19,881 bases of DNA from Calditrichaceae bacterium. Lineage in GTDB: Bacteria; Calditrichota; Calditrichia; Calditrichales; JBFXGD01. Positions 8,915-16,667 of the stretch are shown here, piece by piece. The position numbers and the translations under genes were made by a program. Under the pieces are notes generated by a model, which was given only the letters and a program-made list of their open reading frames with translations, was not told the DNA's origin and did no database searches. Position 1 is the first letter of the stretch, and each line of letters begins with the position of its first letter. Where the stretch lies: the NCBI GenBank assembly GCA_050178385.1, contig JBFXGD010000059.1, forward strand, positions 1-19,881, read 5' to 3'.

Positions 8915-9559
8915 GTGAATCTTTCTGCCAGTCAGGAAAATTACATCAAGATCATCTGGTATCTCGAGCAGGATAATCAAAAACCTGCTTCAAAAGTTGT
9001 GGCGGACAGGCTGAATGTGAAGCCGCCCACGGCTCTGTCCATGTTTAACCAGCTTGAGAAGATGGAGCTGCTGACTTATAATAAAAACGATGGAGCCCGG
9101 TTAACGGAAAAAGGGGACATGAAAGCCAGAAAACTGGTTCGCAAGCATCGTCTGATTGAAACATTTCTGGAAAATGTTCTGGAAATGGAAGAAAACGTTG
9201 TGCATGAAGAAGCGGAATTGCTGGAGCATGTCATCTCCGATCAGCTGATGTACCGAATCGATGCCTATCTGGGGTTCCCCCGCAAAGATCCGCACGGCAC
9301 CATCATTCCTTCATGGCAAAAAAACGGCGTATTAGTCAGCTTGAATCAAATTGAACAGGAGCACTCTTTCGTGGTCAGAGAATTGAACATGGATGACGAA
9401 ATTTCTGATTATTTTGAGAAAAGCGGTTTGCGTACCGGAACCCTGTGGACGATGGCTGAGGTTTTTCCCGATAAGAGTAGTTTTTTAATCACAAACGGAA
9501 AACGGTTTCTGGCATTATCTTCAGAGACTGCGCAAAAAATAAGTGTAAATTTACAGTAA
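8915..9559 (+). CDS. DtxR/MntR-family metal-dependent transcriptional regulator with a degenerate FeoA/SH3-like C-terminal domain
   Basis: LSASQENYIKII, HTH VADRLNVKPPTALSM, metal/dimerisation motifs RKHRLIETFL, VHEEAELLEH and LGFPRKDPHG. Start placed at GTG 8915 because GGAG lies 6 nt upstream; the track uses TTG 8903. Confidence 0.93.
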   Translation: MNLSASQENYIKIIWYLEQDNQKPASKVVADRLNVKPPTALSMFNQLEKMELLTYNKNDGARLTEKGDMKARKLVRKHRLIETFLENVLEMEENVVHEEAELLEHVISDQLMYRIDAYLGFPRKDPHGTIIPSWQKNGVLVSLNQIEQEHSFVVRELNMDDEISDYFEKSGLRTGTLWTMAEVFPDKSSFLITNGKRFLALSSETAQKISVNLQ

Positions 9560-9581
9560 CAGCAATAACGCAAGGGAATTT

Positions 9582-10568
9582 ATGTACTTTATCTATTCGA
9601 TAAGTTTTATAATAGCCGCGGTTCTTCTGTACCTTATCGTGAAGCGTGAAAGGGAAAAGAACTTCCGCTTAACCCGTGTGTATTACGAGGATGCCCTTAA
9701 ATTTATCTATCACCGTCTTGAATCGGGTAGCCGGGCAACTGTTGAAAGTCTCAAGGGCCATTTATCCCTTTCGGCGGGAAAAGTGATGAAGCTGGTGGAT
9801 CTGCTTGAAGATATGGATTTAGTGGAGCTGCGACACGGAGGCATTGAACTGCTTGAAAAGGGCCGTACTTTGGTACTCGAAATTATACGCGCGCACCGGT
9901 TATGGGAAACCTATCTGCAGCATGAGACAGATGTGCCGATTCATAAGATTCACAAATACGCGGATAATGAAGAGCATCATTTACGCGGAGAACGGCTGGA
10001 AGCGCTAAACGCGCATCTTGGTTTTCCGGCTTTTGATCCCCATGGTGATCCGATTCCGACACGAGAAGGGGAACTTGCTCCACTTGACGCGGAGTTTCTC
10101 TCTGACTGGCCCATTGGGGAAGAAGCGCTCATATCACATATTGAGGATGAACCGACAGAACTCAGTAAAAAATTATTTAAACTGGGTTTGCGTGTCGATT
10201 CTAAGATAAAAATCTTAGATAGAAAAAAACGTGAACTGGATGTATTGTATCAGGATAAAAAAATTACACTTGACATGTTTTCAGCGAATAATATCCAGGT
10301 TAAAAAACATCCTGACGGGGAGAAAGCGGCCTATGATACCCTTGATGAGCTTTCGGAAAGCGAATCAGCGGTTATTGCCGGGATTTCCAATAATCTACAG
10401 GGTTTGGCGAGGCGCCGGCTGCTGGATCTCGGGATTACGCCGGGCGTGCGAATTTCAACTATTCTGCGAAGCTCTTTCGGAGGAGATCCGACCGCCTATT
10501 TTGTCAGGGGCGCAAAAATAGCTTTGCGAAGAGAGCAGGCAAAAGATATTTATATAGAAAGACTGTAA
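9582..10568 (+). CDS. Membrane-anchored DtxR-family protein with two FeoA domains
   Basis: N-terminal hydrophobic segment MYFIYSISFIIAAVLLYLIV followed by KRERE; YEDALKFIY; RAHRLWETYL; IHKYADNEEH; LGFPAFDPHGDPIP. Two FeoA-like repeats follow (LSDWPIGEEA...KLFKLGL; LDELSESE...RRRLLDLGITPG...GDPTAYFVRGAKIALRREQA). Confidence 0.9.
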   Translation: MYFIYSISFIIAAVLLYLIVKREREKNFRLTRVYYEDALKFIYHRLESGSRATVESLKGHLSLSAGKVMKLVDLLEDMDLVELRHGGIELLEKGRTLVLEIIRAHRLWETYLQHETDVPIHKIHKYADNEEHHLRGERLEALNAHLGFPAFDPHGDPIPTREGELAPLDAEFLSDWPIGEEALISHIEDEPTELSKKLFKLGLRVDSKIKILDRKKRELDVLYQDKKITLDMFSANNIQVKKHPDGEKAAYDTLDELSESESAVIAGISNNLQGLARRRLLDLGITPGVRISTILRSSFGGDPTAYFVRGAKIALRREQAKDIYIERL

Positions 10569-10615
10569 GAAATCATCATTAACCGCTATTTCAAAAAGAA
10601 TGAAAGTTACTGACT

Positions 10616-11431
10616 ATGAGTGAAAAAAAAGATTTTAAGATAAATATGGGAAGCGCCTGCGATTCCTGCGGATTTAATCTTCAGCAATTGGGTATCGAGG
10701 TGGATAAATGGGATCATGTCATCGCGCTGGCAGGAAACCCAAATACCGGTAAGAGTACGGTATTTAACCAGCTGACAGGTCTAAAGCAGCACACCGGAAA
10801 CTGGCCGGGAAAAACCGTAACCAGAGCGGAAGGCGGCTTAAAATGGGGGGGGCATACTTATAAACTGGTCGATCTGCCGGGGACTTATTCATTGTTGTCG
10901 GCTTCGGTTGATGAAGAAGTCGCCAGAGATTTTCTTTTGTTTGGCCAGCCGGACTGCACGATTGTGGTGACCGATGCCTCTGTTCTGGAGAGAAATCTGA
11001 ATCTTCTGCTCCAGATTCTGGAGATAACCGATAAAGTGGTGGTCAGCTTGAATCTGGTGGATGAGGCGAAACGCAAAGGGGTGGAAGTAGATCACAGAAG
11101 ACTGTCCAGGGATCTTGGTGTTCCGGTGATTCCCACGGTCGCCCGCAGCGGTCACGGATTAAATTTGCTCCTTGAAAGCGTGGCCGGGGTTATTGACGGC
11201 AGTATTAAGACAAAACCCTACCGGATAAAAGTAAGTGAAAAAATTCAGTCGGCCATTGATGAACTCGTGCCGGAGATCCAAAAAATATTTCCTGATTTAC
11301 CAAATGCCCGATGGGTCGCCATGCGTTTGCTGGATGGTGATATTAAAGTCCAGAAAGCGCTGGAAAAAGGCGAGTGGAATGTCTTTTTAGGGGAATCTTT
11401 GTTTGACACCATCAGGGAGGCGACGGTATGA
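10616..11431 (+). CDS. feoB: FeoB N-terminal GTPase/GDI domain encoded as a stand-alone gene (split FeoB, part 1)
   Basis: G1 GNPNTGKS, switch I/G2 GNWPGKTV, G3 DLPGTYSL, LERNL, G4 NLVD, helical domain RWVAMRLLDGD; N-terminal extension contains CDSC. Confidence 0.93.
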   Translation: MSEKKDFKINMGSACDSCGFNLQQLGIEVDKWDHVIALAGNPNTGKSTVFNQLTGLKQHTGNWPGKTVTRAEGGLKWGGHTYKLVDLPGTYSLLSASVDEEVARDFLLFGQPDCTIVVTDASVLERNLNLLLQILEITDKVVVSLNLVDEAKRKGVEVDHRRLSRDLGVPVIPTVARSGHGLNLLLESVAGVIDGSIKTKPYRIKVSEKIQSAIDELVPEIQKIFPDLPNARWVAMRLLDGDIKVQKALEKGEWNVFLGESLFDTIREATV

Positions 11432-12813
11432 ATCAGACCGGAATTGAATTAATCAAAAAAGCGGATAACCTGCGCAGCCGTCTTGACTCGAATTTCAGAG
11501 ATGTATTTGTGGTAGATATATATAAAAATGTTGAATCGATTTATGAGAAATCGGTAAAAATTACATCCCAAAAAAAATATGATGTGGATCAGAAAATTGA
11601 CCGTATACTCACATCTCCGTTTCTTGGGCTTCCGATTATGTTTCTCCTGCTGGCTCTCGTTTTCTGGCTCACCATTATCGGCGCGAACTATCCTTCGCAG
11701 ATGCTGGCTACGGGTTTCTTCTGGCTTGAGGATCAGATAGCCGGGCTTATGAATGCGGTCAATATTCCATGGTGGATAACCGGATTTTTAATCCATGGTG
11801 TTTATAAAGGTCTGGCATGGGTCATATCCGTGATGTTGCCTCCGATGATGATCTTTTTTCCGGTGTTTACTATCCTGGAAGATTTCGGTTATCTACCGCG
11901 GGTGGCGTTTAATCTGGACTGGCTTTTTAAAAAGGCGGGAGCGCACGGCAAACAGTCGCTTACAATGAGCATGGGTTTTGGATGTAACGCCGCCGCGATT
12001 GTATCCACCCGTATTATCGAATCGCCGAGAGAAAGGCTTATCGCGATTCTTACCAATAACTTTGTTCCGTGCAACGGGAGATTTCCGACGCTGATTATGC
12101 TTTCCGTTGTTTTTGTCGCGGCTGCCTTTCCGCCGGAATTCGCTTCCTTAGTGGCGGCGGGATCGGTTATGGGGATTGTGCTTATTGGGGTGCTTTTCAC
12201 CTTTGTGGTCTCCTGGGTATTATCAAAAACCATTCTCAAAGGAGAAGCGAGCAGTTTCACTCTTGAGCTGCCGCCGTACCGCAGGCCGAATATGTTGAGA
12301 ATATTATATACATCGATTATCGACCGGACCATTTTTGTACTATGGCGGGCGATTCTCATGGCGGCACCTGCAGGGGGCATCATCTGGCTGCTTGGGAATA
12401 TCATGGTTGACGGGCATTCATTGACCTACTGGATTGCCGGTTTTTTGAATCCTTTCGGTCATCTGCTTGGTCTGGACGGGGTCATTCTTCTCGCGTACAT
12501 CGTCGCGATTCCGGCGAATGAAATTGTTGTACCGACCATATTAATGGCCTACGCCAATACATCGACTATGATAGAAATTTCGAATCTTACGCAATTAAAA
12601 GAGCTGTTAGTAGGAAACGCGGGATGGACCATGCTCACCGCGGTAAATCTGATGCTGTTCTCGTTACTGCATAATCCGTGTTCAACAACAATCATGACCA
12701 TCTGGAAAGAAACAAAAAGCGCCAAATGGACAATCATAGGCGCGCTAATGCCTCTTTCCCTGGCATTTATCGTCACCTTTATCGTGGCGCAGGTTGTAAG
12801 GTTCTTTTTCTAA
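11428..12813 (+). CDS. feoB: FeoB membrane (Gate) domain encoded as a stand-alone gene (split FeoB, part 2)
   Basis: KIDRILTSPFLGLPI, LEDFGYLPRVAF, GFGCN, PCNGR, FTLELPPYRRP, PANEIV, HNPC; multiple TMs. Its ATG overlaps the upstream TGA (ATGA) and has a GGGAGG RBS. Confidence 0.93.
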   Translation: MNQTGIELIKKADNLRSRLDSNFRDVFVVDIYKNVESIYEKSVKITSQKKYDVDQKIDRILTSPFLGLPIMFLLLALVFWLTIIGANYPSQMLATGFFWLEDQIAGLMNAVNIPWWITGFLIHGVYKGLAWVISVMLPPMMIFFPVFTILEDFGYLPRVAFNLDWLFKKAGAHGKQSLTMSMGFGCNAAAIVSTRIIESPRERLIAILTNNFVPCNGRFPTLIMLSVVFVAAAFPPEFASLVAAGSVMGIVLIGVLFTFVVSWVLSKTILKGEASSFTLELPPYRRPNMLRILYTSIIDRTIFVLWRAILMAAPAGGIIWLLGNIMVDGHSLTYWIAGFLNPFGHLLGLDGVILLAYIVAIPANEIVVPTILMAYANTSTMIEISNLTQLKELLVGNAGWTMLTAVNLMLFSLLHNPCSTTIMTIWKETKSAKWTIIGALMPLSLAFIVTFIVAQVVRFFF

Positions 12814-12825
12814 TCCGGATCAGTC

Positions 12826-14949
12826 TTACCGCTTCCCGAGAAGGAGCACGGTTGATCTGGATTTAGCGGTATAATGACTTTGGGAATTGAGAAGGGTTTC
12901 TTTTCCCTCTTCAAGAATATCTGAAGGCGCGTCAAGTGAAGTATCCATTACACGGTGCCATTTTCTGTCCTTTGTTAAAGACGGCAGCTCAAATTCATGA
13001 TCTTCCCAATCCATATTAAAAATAATGTATAAATCATTTATGCCGGGGGTGGATTCGCTTTTTTCCCCGGTCATGTGCAAAGCGAGCGATCGTGATTCAT
13101 CAGACCAGTCCGGCTGACCGGACTTGAATCCATGCCAACTCATCTCGGGCACGCCGTCCACCATCTCAACCTGGAATTGTGACCTTCTCAAAGCGGAATG
13201 ATTTTTTCTGAAACGGATAAGCGTTTTAAAGAATCTCAGTAAATCAGTGTTTTGTTCGGCTAATTCCCAGTTTATCCAGTTTAATTCATTATCCTGACAA
13301 TACGAGTTGTTATTACCTGACTGTGAACGTCCTATTTCATCGCCGGCGGTTATCATGGGTACCCCCTGGGATAGGAGCAGAATGGCGGCAAAATTTTTCA
13401 TTTGCACCCGCCTGAGCTTATTAATGTCCTCCGAATCGGTAGGACCTTCTACACCGCAATTCCAGCTTATATTATAATCGGATCCATCGCGGTTATCCTC
13501 TCCATTGGCCAAATTGTGTTTTTCATTATACGAAACAAGATCAGCAAGGGTAAATCCGTCATGACAGGTCACAAAATTGACGCTGTGAAACGGCTCTCTG
13601 CCGTCATCCTGATAGAGATCAGAACTCCCGGCGACCCGTGTGGCGAGTTTGGGAACCATTCCCGCATCCCCCTTAACGAACTGGCGAATGTCATCCCGGA
13701 ATTTTCCGTTCCATTCCATCCATCTTTGCCAGGCGGGGAAGTCGCCGACCTGATAAAGCCCGGCCGCATCCCATGCTTCGGCAATTAATTTGGTGTTGGC
13801 AAGAAGCGGTTCTTCCGCGATGCGCTCGATAAGCGGGGGATTGGACAGCACCTCGCCGTCACGTCCCCTTCCAAGAATGGATGCCAGATCAAAGCGGAAA
13901 CCGTCCACATGCATTTCGGTGACCCAGTAACGGAGACTGTCGATGATCATCCCGCGGACAACCGGGTGATTGCAGTTCACCGTATTGCCGCACCCCGAAT
14001 AGTTGTGATAGCGGTTAGTCTTTGGTTCAATCATATAATATACATTTTGTTCAAGCCCTTTAAAATTGTAAACCGGGCCGATCTCATTGCCCTCCGCGGT
14101 GTGATTAAAAACCATATCCAGTATCACTTCAATTCCCGCCTTATGAAACGACCGGACCATCTCTTTAAATTCATTCACCTCGGCGCCATTTTCGTTATTG
14201 CTTGCGTATGAAGCTTTCAAAGCGAAGTATGTAAACGGATCGTAACCCCAGAAATTAAAAAGAGGCTCACCGCTGACCGGATCAGTTCTGTCGATGGCGG
14301 TCTCATCAAAATCGGTAACCGGCATCAGCTCTACCGCCGTAATACCAAGTCCCTTTAGATAAGGAATTTTTTCAGTCAATCCCTTAAATGTGCCGGGCGC
14401 TGTCACGCCTGATGATGAATGACGTGTAAAACCTCGCACATGCAACTCGTAAATGATGGTATCCTTCAATGGAATTTTCAGGGGGCGTTCCGATTTCCAG
14501 TCAAAATTTTCCTCCGGAATGATCGATAAACGGAAGGTGTGTTTTTTGTTGTCCCGTGTGATTTTTACGGGATTTCCCCAAAATCGGCCGCCGCAGGTGG
14601 CTCTCGAGTACGGGTCAAGGAGAATGATACGTTCTATCTCCGGCAGATCTTCTCTTTTGATTCTGAATCCGTAACGAACACCTGGATCGAGACGGGTTAT
14701 GAAGGCATGCCAGATGTTTCCCGTGCGGTTAAGATCAGGATCGAGTTCAAACTCAAAACTGGCGTCACGGTCACAATCGGGATAGATAACGATTGATACC
14801 GCCTTAGCTCCTTTGGAAAAGAGAGAAAAATTGATCCCGTTTCTTAGAATGGTTGCTCCCGGAGGATTCGGTCTTCCACGGAAAATCTTATACTTGTTAT
14901 TGTTTTTTTTTGTATCTGCCGGAATAACGGAAATCGTTTTTGTCTTCAT
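12826..14949 (-). CDS. glgX: Glycogen debranching enzyme / isoamylase (GH13, N-terminal CBM48)
   Basis: GINFSLFS, IIYELHVRGFT, LGITAVELMPV, WGYDP, DMVFNHTAEG, catalytic motifs GFRFDLAS, IAEAWD and TCHDGFTL, LLSQGVPM. Start moved to ATG 14949 because the track's TTG 15027 coincides with a predicted -35 box. Confidence 0.96.
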   Translation of the reverse strand: MKTKTISVIPADTKKNNNKYKIFRGRPNPPGATILRNGINFSLFSKGAKAVSIVIYPDCDRDASFEFELDPDLNRTGNIWHAFITRLDPGVRYGFRIKREDLPEIERIILLDPYSRATCGGRFWGNPVKITRDNKKHTFRLSIIPEENFDWKSERPLKIPLKDTIIYELHVRGFTRHSSSGVTAPGTFKGLTEKIPYLKGLGITAVELMPVTDFDETAIDRTDPVSGEPLFNFWGYDPFTYFALKASYASNNENGAEVNEFKEMVRSFHKAGIEVILDMVFNHTAEGNEIGPVYNFKGLEQNVYYMIEPKTNRYHNYSGCGNTVNCNHPVVRGMIIDSLRYWVTEMHVDGFRFDLASILGRGRDGEVLSNPPLIERIAEEPLLANTKLIAEAWDAAGLYQVGDFPAWQRWMEWNGKFRDDIRQFVKGDAGMVPKLATRVAGSSDLYQDDGREPFHSVNFVTCHDGFTLADLVSYNEKHNLANGEDNRDGSDYNISWNCGVEGPTDSEDINKLRRVQMKNFAAILLLSQGVPMITAGDEIGRSQSGNNNSYCQDNELNWINWELAEQNTDLLRFFKTLIRFRKNHSALRRSQFQVEMVDGVPEMSWHGFKSGQPDWSDESRSLALHMTGEKSESTPGINDLYIIFNMDWEDHEFELPSLTKDRKWHRVMDTSLDAPSDILEEGKETLLNSQSHYTAKSRSTVLLLGKR

Positions 14950-14998
14950 ATTTATATCTCTTTGATGGGTGACCGGAATCATTAAATGATCTAAGGCT

Positions 14999-15027
14999 AT
15001 AATAACTGTGTGTATAATGGTATGCAA
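14999..15027 (-). promoter_or_regulatory. Putative sigma70 promoter of glgX
   Basis: Minus strand reads TTGCAT-N17-TATTAT, about 50 nt upstream of ATG 14949. Confidence 0.6.
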
Positions 15028-15135
15028 GACTATTTTAATGAGAAATAATTCCCAATAAAGTGTTTTTATTTTATTAATTATTCAGTATCTTTTAAATCGT
15101 TGATTAAGCTCAAACATGTTAGAAAGGAGTTACTT

Positions 15136-16590
15136 GTGAAGGACGTAATAGCTAACCTGGAACCTGGATTAGTATGGGAACATTTTTATCAGATCAGTCA
15201 GATCCCAAGGTGTTCCGGGAATGAAGAAGCAGTGGGAAAATATCTTATAGAAATCGCCAAGAAAAGAAATCTTCCCTGGAAAAAAGACAGTGTGGGTAAT
15301 ATCATTATTTCAAAACCGGCGTCGAAGGGTATGGAAAAAAGACCCGGCGTTGTGATTCAGGGCCATATTGATATGGTATGTGAAAAAAACAATGACACGG
15401 TTCATGATTTTTCAAAAGACCCGATAAAGTTTGTCCGCGACGGGGAATGGATGAAAGCCGACGGTACAACACTCGGTTCGGATAACGGAATTGGCGTTGC
15501 CATGGCGCTAGCGGTGATGGACGATAACACGCTCACGCATCCGCCGATGGAATTCCTTTTCACCGTTGATGAAGAAACCGGATTAACAGGAGCCAATGAG
15601 TTAAAAGGTGATTTCGTGGACGGCCGTATTTTGCTGAATCTTGATTCCGAAGAAGAGGGCGCCTTGTACATCGGCTGCGCCGGCGGACTGCACACCATAT
15701 TAAGAAAAAACATTGACTGGCAATCTCCCAAGGCGGACGGTACTACGTACAGGGTAAAAGTTGCCGGCCTTAGAGGCGGGCATTCCGGTTTAAATATTAT
15801 TGAAGACTTTGGAAACGCCGTCAAATTGCTGGCCCGATTCTTATATCAGGCGGGATTATCCGTTGATTTTCAGCTCGCTTCAATCGATGGTGGAAACAAG
15901 CATAACGCCATACCAAGAGAAGCGGTCGCGGTCATTGTGCTTTCCGGCTCATCTTTTGAAACCGTGAAAAAATTGGTCGCTGAGTATGACGCGGTTTATA
16001 AAGAAGAATTAAAGTTTGTGGATAAAGAGGTAAAAGTAACTATCGAGAAGTGTGACGCGGTAAAGAACGTTTTTAATAATGATTTAAAAGATCAGTTGGT
16101 TAAAATGATTTACGCCATGCCGCACGGAGTGATGACCATGAGTCACGCTGTGGCCGGACTGGTGGAAACATCCACAAATATGGCCATTATTGAGACGAAA
16201 AAGGATAATGTTGAATTGCTTACCAGTCAGCGTTCATCCGTGGCAAGCGCGGTAGCGGACATCGGGGATAAGATCAGGGCTCTTGGCGAGCTGAGCGGAT
16301 TTGAGGTTGAACAGGGTGGCGGGTATCCGGCATGGGCGCCGAATCCTGATTCTGAACTGTTAAAAGTGTGTAAATCCATCTACGCGAATAAATATAAGAG
16401 TGAACCTGATGTAAAAGCGATTCACGCCGGTCTGGAATGCGGTATTATCGGTGAACATTATGATGGTATGGATATGATTTCTTTCGGACCGGATATTGAA
16501 GGAGCCCATTCACCGGATGAAAGGGTGAAAATCAGTTCGGTGGCGCATACATGGGATTATCTGCTTGAAGTTTTGCGCGAAATCAAATAA
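15136..16590 (+). CDS. pepD: Aminoacyl-histidine dipeptidase (peptidase M20C)
   Basis: QIPRCSGNE, IQGHIDMVCEKN, HDFSKDPI, GTTLGSDNGIG, TVDEETGLTGA, LNLDSEEEG, GGHSG, IHAGLECG, AHSPDE. Start placed at GTG 15136, after AAGGAG. Confidence 0.96.
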   Translation: MKDVIANLEPGLVWEHFYQISQIPRCSGNEEAVGKYLIEIAKKRNLPWKKDSVGNIIISKPASKGMEKRPGVVIQGHIDMVCEKNNDTVHDFSKDPIKFVRDGEWMKADGTTLGSDNGIGVAMALAVMDDNTLTHPPMEFLFTVDEETGLTGANELKGDFVDGRILLNLDSEEEGALYIGCAGGLHTILRKNIDWQSPKADGTTYRVKVAGLRGGHSGLNIIEDFGNAVKLLARFLYQAGLSVDFQLASIDGGNKHNAIPREAVAVIVLSGSSFETVKKLVAEYDAVYKEELKFVDKEVKVTIEKCDAVKNVFNNDLKDQLVKMIYAMPHGVMTMSHAVAGLVETSTNMAIIETKKDNVELLTSQRSSVASAVADIGDKIRALGELSGFEVEQGGGYPAWAPNPDSELLKVCKSIYANKYKSEPDVKAIHAGLECGIIGEHYDGMDMISFGPDIEGAHSPDERVKISSVAHTWDYLLEVLREIK

Positions 16591-16603
16591 TTACTCTGTG
16601 AAT

Positions 16604-16638
16604 AAAAAAAAGGCTGCCCGAACAGGACAGCCTTTTTT
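16604..16638. terminator. Bidirectional Rho-independent terminator between convergent pepD and the S9 peptidase
   Basis: AAAAAAAAGGCTG(C)CC-gaaca-GG(A)CAGCCTTTTTT: GC stem with one mismatch, A-tract on the left and T-tract on the right, 13 nt after the pepD stop. Confidence 0.88.
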
Positions 16639-16667
16639 GTTAAAATACCATCTAAGGCTTACCCGGA

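Noticed and set aside
10616..12813. feoB as a frameshifted pseudogene
   Set aside because: The second ORF has its own strong RBS, an ATGA overlap at a domain boundary and intact motifs in both halves.
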